A stretch of DNA of 64,000 nucleotides, from the IMG/VR virus record IMGVR_UViG_3300005573_000063, positions 32,001 through 96,000 of that record. One strand, 5' to 3'. This stretch comes from a virus. The notes below the pieces were generated by a model, which ran no database searches, was not told where the DNA came from, and worked only from the letters and a program-made list of their open reading frames with translations. The position numbers and the translations under genes are program-made. Of this stretch, positions 17,139 to 24,356 are shown piece by piece; position 1 is the first letter of the stretch; each line of letters begins with the position of its first letter.

Positions 17139-17210
17139 AGCCTTCTAGCAGAATCGAACTGCTGATACTTCTATACCAAAGAAGTATGTTCCCACTAGCA
17201 TTAAGAAGGC
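17139..17210 (-). tRNA. tRNA-Thr(GGT)
   Basis: GCCTTCT/AGAAGGC-T; CTTCT-TTGGTAT-AGAAG. Confidence 0.9.
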
Positions 17211-17218
17211 ATAGTGCG

Positions 17219-17292
17219 TATTCCTGGAGGAACTTGAATCCCCGACCTCTTCGTCCGTAGCGAAGCGCTCTAGTCCACTGAGCTACAGGAAC
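17219..17292 (-). tRNA. tRNA-Arg(ACG)
   Basis: GTTCCTG/CAGGAAT-A; CTTCG-CTACGGA-CGAAG; canonical D arm. Confidence 0.9.
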
Positions 17293-17663
17293 TTGTAGGT
17301 CCCCTGGGAGGCAGGAAAGGAGGAGGGGAAACCACCCCCCAGGGGACGATCTTTTCTCTTTAATCTTCAAAGAGATTACTCATTAAATGAGTACGACTTG
17401 GATTGTATTTTACAGGAATGATTCCCCTACCTCTTTATTGAGGAGAACTACTGCTATCAGTGTAGCGTAGTTTCCAGCAAGCGGTGACAAAATAGCTTGA
17501 GCTTCCTCCTCCGAAATAATCTTTTTCTCTACAAGATCATCAGCCGTACTACGCAGACTTCCATATTCACTTGTCAAGAGCTGCGTACTACCTAACCATT
17601 TATTTGTTAGCTCTATTCCTCCTAGGAATAGGGGAGGGTCATTAATCTCTAGACTTCTATCTA

Positions 17664-17879
17664 TCATTCAGGATACCTCTTGTGCGGTGAGTCGTTTGAA
17701 TTGTATTCACTCTGCAATTCCTTTAAACGTTCTTGGTTTGTGGACAGAGCGAGAACTATAAATATACCAATAAAAGGAATAAGTGTTGGAAGTAGAATGC
17801 CTGCTCCAGGGCGTCCCTTACTTAGTCCTACAACATATCCACCTACAATAGTAATACCCCACAACAATAATAGGACCAT
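17664..17879 (-). CDS. Small membrane protein
   Basis: Two hydrophobic segments around KGR; strong promoter and AAGGAG RBS upstream. Confidence 0.65.
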   Translation of the reverse strand: MVLLLLWGITIVGGYVVGLSKGRPGAGILLPTLIPFIGIFIVLALSTNQERLKELQSEYNSNDSPHKRYPE

Positions 17880-17909
17880 CTCTTTCTCCTTTTCTTATCT
17901 TCTCTATAT

Positions 17910-17938
17910 ATTATAGCATGATCTAGGTACGATGTCAA
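17910..17938 (-). promoter_or_regulatory. Consensus sigma-70/A promoter
   Basis: TTGACA-N17-TATAAT with TG extension. Confidence 0.85.
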
Positions 17939-17955
17939 GCATCTTTTTTCTAAAG

Positions 17956-18064
17956 TGGAGTGAGGAAGAATCGAACTTCCCAGGAACTTATCAGCTCAGA
18001 TTACGTCATCTGCTTGCAAACAGAGAGTGATAATCAGATTATGCCACCGATAAGCACCACACCC
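17956..18064 (-). ncRNA. tRNA-like RNA: Ala-type acceptor, T arm and one long hairpin
   Basis: GGG.../...TCC-A (G3:U70, A73); CTTATCGGT/GCTGATAAG stem; GGAAG-TTCGATT-CTTCC. Confidence 0.6.
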
Positions 18065-18354
18065 AAATACCTCCTACAACCAGGCACTCCATGGCTTTAC
18101 TTACATTTCAAACTATGCTGATATAACTTATCTTTTGCTTCTTTACGAGACTTGAATTGCCAAGTGGATCCCATGACGGAATAACCAAGGCTGTGCACAA
18201 CACTAGAACACTGTGGACAAATTGCTATCCAGCCTCCTCCCGTTCTCACTCCAAAGGTAGTGGGAATATCTTTTAGATAAGTAAGAATGCCTTTCTTGAA
18301 AGAGGCACTTACCTTAATGTCTTTTATCTTGAAGATTGGATTAGGTTTCATCTC

Positions 18355-18591
18355 CTATACGACTACCTTTTCAAAATTGACTAGGTAGTCTGCGCCTACC
18401 TCAAATTGGTCAAAGGCTGCAGGATTGGTAATGGTTAGCTCTACGTAGCCTGCAGGAGTCCACTTAGACCACTCCTTATTTTCCTTTCCGTCTCCATAAA
18501 CGGGAGTTAGGCGCACTACCCTCGTAGGGTCTGCAACATTATACTCTGGAGCGGATACTGTATTGCAGTGAAGCTTAGCTTGAACTGTCAT
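18355..18591 (-). CDS. Conserved phage hypothetical protein
   Basis: VRLTPV...ENKEWSKWTPAGYVELTITNPAAFDQF; AAGGAG RBS. Confidence 0.7.
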   Translation of the reverse strand: MTVQAKLHCNTVSAPEYNVADPTRVVRLTPVYGDGKENKEWSKWTPAGYVELTITNPAAFDQFEVGADYLVNFEKVVV

Positions 18592-18707
18592 TTATTTCTC
18601 CTTCTTCTTTTATTTCACGCCAGTCTATCGGGGACCAGCACAGCGTTGGATCATAAAGATGAGGAACATGCGTATTGATATGTGTTTTACATATTTAGTA
18701 TTGCAAC

Positions 18708-19139
18708 CTAATAATCCTGAATATCTTGCATTAGCTCACGTAAGATGCGTACATTTCCACCTGTTTGTAGCCACAGAACAGGAGTGAGTCCCTGTAAATC
18801 ACTAGACTTTGTTGTCATCCAATGAGTAAATACCATGGGGTGTACGGAGGGAGAAAGTTTAACGAGAATATACTTTAAATTCCGCAAGAGCTTGGTCCCT
18901 GCAAATTGAAAATTAGGGAAAAGAAGATCATCATTTTCGCCTCTAAATGCATAGATCATTTTGCGATCTACAAGATCCAGAACATCCTTACATGGTCTGT
19001 TTAAGACCACAGAGGCCGCTCCCACAGACAGGCAATTTAACTCAAATGTTCTTATTGGGAGAGAAGGGGGTGGAAACTTTGCGCTGTTTGCTCCCACACT
19101 CTCCCAAATTTGCCTTTCCTTATGTTCGAGATTCCCCAT
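18708..19139 (-). CDS. Rv2175c-like DNA-binding protein
   Basis: wHTH-like LSVGAASVVL...FPNFQF; C-terminal WMTT...L.GLTPVLWL. Confidence 0.6.
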   Translation of the reverse strand: MGNLEHKERQIWESVGANSAKFPPPSLPIRTFELNCLSVGAASVVLNRPCKDVLDLVDRKMIYAFRGENDDLLFPNFQFAGTKLLRNLKYILVKLSPSVHPMVFTHWMTTKSSDLQGLTPVLWLQTGGNVRILRELMQDIQDY

Positions 19140-19380
19140 GATGCACTTTCTTATTTCTTGTGGTGCCCACCAAATAAATAGTGAATAATATTTGAAATAC
19201 CAAGAAGTAGTCCGCCGATACTAAGAGCGACAATATCCGCATGCATTATTTCTATGCCTCCCTTTTCTCGATCCTATCGCAACAGTGTCATCGTAGCCTA
19301 CCTGACGATGACATGCCACCACCTTACCCATGTTGGGTGGCTCCCCTAATAAACCCAAGCAACAGCTTGGGGATAAAGTC

Positions 19381-19725
19381 CTACCGATTCTGCCATGCCT
19401 TGATGATATCAGGGTGCAGCCGCCCACGCTTCCCCACCTTGAGGCCCTGCTTGATCGCCCATGCTCTCACGTCTCCCACCTTCACCTCTTCACCAGAGGT
19501 GACCACAGGTACGCTCAGACCATCCTCATCATGCAGCACGAGAGCAGGACTGGACTTCTGGTTCCACTCCGCAAAACGCTCATGAGCCCTACGCTGGGCA
19601 TCTGAGAGCCTCCAGTAGTTCTCCTGCACCGTCTCACAGTTCAGGATTGCGAACAGCTCCCGGTAGCGAGCATCCACCGCTTCTGGTGTGTCGCAGTCTG
19701 AAAAGTCAATAAGATCGTCAGCCAT
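19381..19725 (-). CDS. Protein with C-terminal Lsr2 DNA-binding domain
   Basis: VRAWAIKQGLKVGKRGRLHPDIIKAW (AT-hook-like RGR motif of Lsr2). Confidence 0.85.
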   Translation of the reverse strand: MADDLIDFSDCDTPEAVDARYRELFAILNCETVQENYWRLSDAQRRAHERFAEWNQKSSPALVLHDEDGLSVPVVTSGEEVKVGDVRAWAIKQGLKVGKRGRLHPDIIKAWQNR

Positions 19726-19767
19726 GAGTAGCTCCTTTAGGTAGTAGTGAATTGCTTTAACACCTGT

Positions 19768-19796
19768 AGATTACCACACCACACTCAAGCTGTCAA
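19768..19796 (-). promoter_or_regulatory. Sigma-70/A promoter of the Lsr2-like gene
   Basis: TTGACA-N17-TAATCT, TGTGG extended -10. Confidence 0.8.
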
Positions 19797-20053
19797 GTAC
19801 CGTACGTCAGAATTCCTGTGTAAAAAATGTGAAAAATTAGACCATCCTCCACAAACTGTACTGTACTAATGTATCTACCTGGATCTTTATCCAGGATGGT
19901 TCCTGTAGGGACAACGGTAAATGTGATATTTTCTGTCTCTCCCGCAGCAATCTGCTGAGGATCTACGGTAATCCACACACACACTTTATTCCCTTGAGCC
20001 TGCGCTGTCAAGACTTGGTGATATCGGGATACACAAATTTCACCATAGGGGCG

Positions 20054-20131
20054 TGGTACCTAGTAAAGGATTTAAACCTTTGACCTTCGCTTCATCAGAG
20101 CGACGCTCTAATCAGACTGAGCTAACCAGGC
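20054..20131 (-). tRNA. tRNA-Ile(GAT), A19:U56 variant
   Basis: GCCTGGT/ACTAGGT-A-CCA; TCGCT-CTGATGA-AGCGA; T loop TTTAAAT. Confidence 0.85.
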
Positions 20132-20174
20132 TTGTTGATATTGATGTTTTTAACGCCATTAAACTAATTACCTA

Positions 20175-20238
20175 AAGGTATCAGACTCGAACTGATATTT
20201 ACGCCGTGCCGGCGCCGAGCTGCCATTACTCCAACCTC
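20175..20238 (-). ncRNA. tRNA-like element with 5-nt anticodon loop and short acceptor stem
   Basis: D arm GAGT-AATGGCA-GCTC; GCGCC-GGCAC-GGCGT; T arm ATCAG-TTCGAGT-CTGAT. Confidence 0.6.
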
Positions 20239-20563
20239 ACCGTACAAGACGGTGGTATAGGATTCTCGAAGTCCTATCTTCAATATCAAACACTTAAAAG
20301 AATGCGACGATCTTCGCCATTGATCTATTCTACTCAGGAAGGAGGGTGGCGTAAGGTGCATCATCCTTCCTTGTCGTCATACAAAGAGCTTGTGCATACA
20401 AAGTATGAGGCTCTTGGGAGGGGCAAGCTTAAAGGGCTCACCTAGACGACGAGCAAATACATGTAGGTCTTGGATTTAATGACCTAACGACTTATTCTCC
20501 ACAGAATAAATTGTAAATTGCTTTAATGTAGAAGAAGAGTTTGAATCTTCATCTTCGCATTCT

Positions 20564-20638
20564 TGGCGATCCGTACCAGAGTTGAACTGGTCTGTTTGGC
20601 TTGACAAGCCAACATAATTCCCGATATATGAACGGACC
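20564..20638 (-). tRNA. tRNA-Asp(GTC)
   Basis: GGTCCGT/ACGGATC-G-CCA; TTGGC-TTGTCAA-GCCAA. Confidence 0.9.
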
Positions 20639-20667
20639 TAGATTTTTCAAAGAACCACTATTGTATA

Positions 20668-20982
20668 TTAAGACCAGCTTCTATGAACTTCATGAACAGA
20701 TTCCATTCCATCCTCGTCCCATATTTCTGCCTTAACATCGTCAGGAATTTCTACTACTTTGAGGGATGAAAATCTACTATTAGCCTCTACGCCTAGTTCT
20801 TCAACTACTCTCACTAAAGCGGGATCACAACGAAAATGAAAATCATTGCGCCCTGTCTCCCATGAGTTAAATGCTTTGCTTCTAGTAGTAGTAGGGGAAA
20901 AACCCCCATACTCTATGTACTTATGATGAGCAGCTTCACTTAGTCCAAAACCCCCATGTTTTTTATTGATAACTACTTTCAT
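20668..20982 (-). CDS. Conserved phage hypothetical protein
   Basis: MKVVINKKHGGFGLS...R.DPALVRVVEELG..AN...LKVVEIP...HRSWS. Confidence 0.8.
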   Translation of the reverse strand: MKVVINKKHGGFGLSEAAHHKYIEYGGFSPTTTRSKAFNSWETGRNDFHFRCDPALVRVVEELGVEANSRFSSLKVVEIPDDVKAEIWDEDGMESVHEVHRSWS

Positions 20983-21022
20983 ATATGCGATATTCTCCTT
21001 TCTTTTATAGCTATCAACACGG

Positions 21023-21096
21023 CCCCAGTCCGAGGATTCGGACCCCGCATATCTTCTTTAACAGAGAAGCGCCTTCGCCTAGCTGGCTCGACTGGG
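21023..21096 (-). tRNA. tRNA-Asn(GTT)
   Basis: CCCAGTC/GACTGGG-G; CTTCT-CTGTTAA-AGAAG; T loop TCCGAAT. Confidence 0.85.
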
Positions 21097-21111
21097 ATGC
21101 TTATATTGTAG

Positions 21112-21196
21112 TGACCCGTGCGAGGTTCGAACTCGCAATGCTCTATGTCCCTTCAGATTGAAAGTCTGACGTGCTAACCAATTACACCAACGGGCC
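21112..21196 (-). tRNA. tRNA-Glu(TTC) with enlarged variable region
   Basis: GGCCCGT/ACGGGTC-A; TCAGA-CTTTCAA-TCTGA; ~15-nt variable region. Confidence 0.85.
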
Positions 21197-21666
21197 AAAC
21201 TTATTACCTAAGACTTGTGATCTTAGCAGGGTTGCGAGCAGCTTTGACCACTACCCGACTCTGGCCGAAGAGGACAGTACCCTCCTTCTTTTTAGCTCCC
21301 TTTACTTGAATAACAAGGTGACCTGGCTTGCCTCCATAAGTATTTACAACCTTATAGAATTTTCCTTCCTTGCTACCGCCCAAGAGAACCTTATCTCCTA
21401 CGTGAATGTTCTTTGCTCTGATTATAGACTTAGCCATTTCTTTCCTTTCTCCTATAGAGTTTCTTGCAGCATATAATATGTATAAAGCTTTTTGAGAGCC
21501 TCTCTCATTCTATCAGATGCATGCACCCACTGTTCGGCTCGTGAGACAGATTCAAATCCACATGTACAGTGAACTTTAGTATCCCAATTAGGTAGGTCTT
21601 TTCTCTCTTCATGTAGCTCAAAGAGAGTCTTTTCTTCCTCTATCATAGAAATCTCTTTCTGAAAGG

Positions 21667-21695
21667 ACCTTACCATGCTTTTATTCTCCTGTCAA
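21667..21695 (-). promoter_or_regulatory. Sigma-70/A promoter
   Basis: TTGACA-N17-TAAGGT with TG extension. Confidence 0.7.
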
Positions 21696-21703
21696 GGAGA
21701 TTG

Positions 21704-21774
21704 CTCCGGGCCGAGGTAACGATCCCCGCTCTAGTGGGCCAAAACCACCCGTGTATCCTATACACCTGCCCGGA
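21704..21774 (-). tRNA. tRNA-Gln(TTG)
   Basis: TCCGGGC/GCCCGGA-G; GGTGG-TTTTGGC-CCACT; T loop ATCGTTA. Confidence 0.85.
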
Positions 21775-21778
21775 ATGT

Positions 21779-22507
21779 TTAGCTAGAAGTATGGGTTTCT
21801 ATATCAGGATTGTGACTTGTTGTAGTATACGACCCTTCGTAATTTCTTACCCATTTCCTTATGGAATTATCGGTTACCCCATACCTTCTACCTGTTCCTA
21901 CATATCCCAAATCTCGTATTTCTTGAAGCAATTGCTCGTAGGGGGGTCGCTCTATTTTCCGAGTAGTCAATATTGGCTTGTGGTTTCCTATCCTTTTATC
22001 TATTCTTTCTGATTCTGGTTTCACCCATCCCACGGGGTGTTTTCTTCCGCAGTGAGTTGGAAGTCCAGCGTTACAATTAGGACAAACTATTCTAAGATTT
22101 TCTAATCTATGGTCATTTCTTACTCCATTGATATGATCTAAAATAAGAGCTATCTTTACTCCTTTCCAATTTTCGTCTTGTCCACAAATCTCACATATTG
22201 GAGTTTTCAAACCTTCCTTGTAAAGTCGAGCTTTTAATGCTCCTCGGCTATATGTAGAGGCTTCAGTCATTACTTCACTTAAAGGAAGGGCAGGAGCCCC
22301 AATTAAAAAATGTCCCTTTTCATCTCTAAAAGAGCGATAACGGTCAAAATGAGAAACTGACATACCCAGGCGCTCGATTTCTAATTTTATAGCGATATGA
22401 GCACTACCGGAGGGAGATTTTTTCAGTTTGCGTAAAACCTCAGTATAGGAATAAGATTGTGAAACAGCTGCTACAATTTCTTCTTTAGTTCGATTAATAG
22501 GCATCAT
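21779..22507 (-). mobile_element. Free-standing HNH homing endonuclease gene inside the tRNA cluster
   Basis: CEICG...LILDHINGVRNDHRLENLRIVCPNCN; C-terminal HTH (GRRYGVTDNSIRKW). Confidence 0.85.
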
Positions 22508-22589
22508 TGAACCTCTAATCCCTTTCTTACTTTATAAGATGATTGAGGTTCAATTTTACTTACCACTAAACTATTAGGCCATTGCTAAG

Positions 22590-22665
22590 TCGGGGTGATG
22601 GGACTCGAACCCATGAAGATGTCCTGCTCCCAAAGCAGGCGGCCTAGCCACTGGCCCACACCCCG
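22590..22665 (-). tRNA. tRNA-Pro(TGG)
   Basis: CGGGGTG/CACCCCG-A; CCTGC-TTTGGGA-GCAGG. Confidence 0.92.
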
Positions 22666-22674
22666 GTTATTACG

Positions 22675-22747
22675 TGCCCTCGGAGAATTTCAAAATCTCG
22701 ACTTCCTCGTTAAGAGCGAGGCACTCTAGTCTCTGAGTTACGAAGGC
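22675..22747 (-). tRNA. tRNA-Lys(CTT), A19:U56 variant
   Basis: GCCTTCG/CGAGGGC-A; CCTCG-CTCTTAA-CGAGG; D loop AGAGACTA, T loop TTTGAAA. Confidence 0.85.
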
Positions 22748-22762
22748 GTGTTTATTGCAAAA

Positions 22763-22860
22763 GTAGGGATGACCCCCTCAACTGGCCTGCGAGGAGGGTC
22801 TAATTATGCTGGAGAACTGCCAGTCGGGTCCAGCATGGAGGGTCCCTAAGCTCCTCCTAC
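22763..22860 (-). ncRNA. Candidate structured RNA with kissing loops
   Basis: Closing stem GTAGG/CCTAC, three hairpins; loops GACTGGC and GCCAGTT are complementary. Confidence 0.55.
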
Positions 22861-22861
22861 G

Positions 22862-22942
22862 TGTCCATGGAGAGACTTGAACTCTCACGCTTGCGCATAT
22901 GTTCCTAAGACATACGTGTCTACCAAATTCCACCACACGGAC
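22862..22942 (-). tRNA. tRNA-Leu(TAG)
   Basis: GTCCGTG/CATGGAC-A; TATGT-CTTAGGA-ACATA; V arm. Confidence 0.92.
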
Positions 22943-22964
22943 TTGAACTTTGAATTATCTACTT

Positions 22965-23007
22965 TGTGTCTGCCATTAAAACTGTGTCTGCCATTAAAAC
23001 TGTGTCT
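22965..23007. repeat. 18-bp tandem repeat, 2.4 copies
   Basis: TGTGTCTGCCATTAAAAC twice, then TGTGTCT. Confidence 0.9.
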
Positions 23008-23032
23008 AACCTATACTATATACTGGTTGCAG

Positions 23033-23121
23033 TGGTAGGGGCACCGGGGCTCGAACCCGGATGAGATATTATTCTCGCCACTTTTTAGGAGTGGAGTGTC
23101 TGCCGATTTCACCATACCCCC
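23033..23121 (-). tRNA. tRNA-Leu(TAA), C33
   Basis: GGGGGTA/TGCCCCT-A-CCA; CCACT-CCTAAAA-AGTGG; V arm. Confidence 0.88.
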
Positions 23122-23137
23122 ATGGTCTAATACTACG

Positions 23138-23211
23138 TGGTCCCTGTCAGTATCGAACTGACCCTATAAGTATTTCAAGCTTATGTGCAAATCCAATTAC
23201 ACTAAAGGACC
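23138..23211 (-). tRNA. tRNA-Phe(GAA)
   Basis: GGTCCTT/AGGGACC-A; TAAGC-TTGAAAT-ACTTA. Confidence 0.85.
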
Positions 23212-23644
23212 ATATATTTACTCCAGAACTTCTACAATTTGGTCTGGATCTACGTACCGATTAATTTGGTGTAGATAACCATCCTTCGAGGTGAGACGAG
23301 CTAAGCGTACCTTATTGCTTCGTGCTGTCTCACACGAGTACAACACAGATTCATAGACGGTGTGTCCGCCAGGTAGACGGAAAGCGCCAAGCTCCCCTAT
23401 GAGATCCCATGCGATGACTTCTTTAACTGGCATACCGATCCCCTATCTCCTTTATGTAGACGAAGGCTCTCTGGGCGCTACGAGCCAATCGTACACCACC
23501 CTGAGGCTCTCCGTCCACTATGTTACCTATAAGGTAGTGACCCGAGACAGTGCGGTGTACCCACACCGTCGAAGTCTGAAAGGATGATTCCCGAACCATC
23601 TGATCGAGAAACTCTGAGGTAATCTCTGTCCTTGGCATATGTCA

Positions 23645-23673
23645 AGTGTACCACACCCTGCATCAGGTGTCAA
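23645..23673 (-). promoter_or_regulatory. Sigma-70/A promoter; probable leaderless mRNA for ORF 23423..23638
   Basis: TTGACA-N17-TACACT, TGTGG extension; ATG about 6 nt after the -10 element. Confidence 0.75.
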
Positions 23674-23674
23674 G

Positions 23675-23748
23675 TGGAGACAACGAGAATCGAACTCGTC
23701 ACATTTTCCTTGCAAAGGAAATTCGCCAGCCTTGGTACATGTGTCCCC
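23675..23748 (-). tRNA. tRNA-Ala(TGC), atypical D arm
   Basis: GGGGACA/TGTCTCC-A with G3:U70; TTTCC-TTTGCAA-GGAAA. Confidence 0.88.
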
Positions 23749-23816
23749 ATATTAAATTACCTTCCCCTCAGGTGGAAGTAATAGTTGTGTTAACAGAGCC
23801 ATTCCTGAGAGGTTCG

Positions 23817-23887
23817 AGTCCCGTATCGGTGCTGCCCCGACGTACATAGTTTGGAAGACTATTTCTCTACTGTTGAGATAACGAGAC
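23817..23887 (-). tRNA. tRNA-Gly(TCC), non-canonical D and T loops
   Basis: GTCTCGT/ACGGGAC-U73; ATAGT-CTTCCAA-ACTAT; D loop AACAGTA, T loop GGCAGCA. Confidence 0.75.
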
Positions 23888-23891
23888 GTGT

Positions 23892-24059
23892 GAACACTTG
23901 ATGTTCTTTGCCATTGAACTAATTCCAAATAGACTTAGGAATCGAACCTATACCCCCGGTTGTGTGACCGGAATGCAACCATACACTAATTTTAGACTAA
24001 GATACTCGATCTTAGAGATGTTGGGAATGAGAGTATTAAAATCTCATCTTCAAGTGTTC
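23892..24059 (-). ncRNA. Circularly permuted tRNA-like fold enclosing a second degenerate tRNA
   Basis: GAACACTTGA/TCAAGTGTTC terminal stem; T-like arm and acceptor 3' strand come first, acceptor 5' strand and D arm (GTTC-AATGGCAAA-GAAC) come last. Confidence 0.55.
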
Positions 24060-24061
24060 CG

Positions 24062-24142
24062 TGGGCCGGACAGGTAACGCTCCTGTACAGGATTAACCGG
24101 GAATTTTACAGATTCTTGAACTCACTTATGTTCAGCCGACCC
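24062..24142 (-). tRNA. tRNA-Tyr(GTA), non-canonical D and T loops
   Basis: GGGTCGG/CCGGCCC-A; GAAT-CTGTAAA-ATTC; T loop AGCGTTA. Confidence 0.8.
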
Positions 24143-24356
24143 ATGGTAGGAGAGATCAGGGCTTGCCTCCTAGTGTAAGGATTCTAGACTAGATAATAGA
24201 CATTCACTAAAAGATTATCTGTATTGTCTTAGCATTCCACATCCTTACAGGGAGACTTAAAGTCCTTATAAGGACGTACCTTACTCTTTTTGATGATAAA
24301 TTATGAAATTGTCAAGCTGCTGTTCTGCTCAACTTCTTCTTCCCTGCTGAGAGCAC

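Noticed and set aside
17956-18064. Full-length tmRNA
   Set aside because: Too short, with no tag reading frame or pseudoknot region; kept only as a TLD-like candidate.
19793-20011. Intact gene with a conventional start
   Set aside because: The frame runs upstream into tRNA-Ile(GAT) with no ATG or RBS; it may be 5' truncated, so it was not listed as a confident CDS.
17039-21152. Identical 13-mer GCTCTATGTCCCT in tRNA-Met (17039-17051) and the tRNA-Glu variable region (21140-21152)
   Set aside because: Only two copies seen; 13-mer matches are expected by chance in 64 kb, so an operator or mobile motif is unsupported.
22965-23007. CRISPR array
   Set aside because: Repeats are contiguous with no spacers; the Cas4-like gene at 43152 sits in the recombination module with no other cas genes.
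23033-23121. Possible amber suppressor (CTA visible in loop CCTAAAA; also CTTCTAA at 14627 and TTCCTAA at 17055)
   Set aside because: With 5-bp stems and 7-nt loops the central triplets are TAA, TCT and CCT; TAG is used as a normal stop in many genes.
14622-23849. Track ORFs overlapping tRNA genes (e.g. 14622-14912, 16921-17109, 17092-17370, 23061-23264, 23646-23849)
   Set aside because: They span clear cloverleaf genes and lack RBS or protein motifs.
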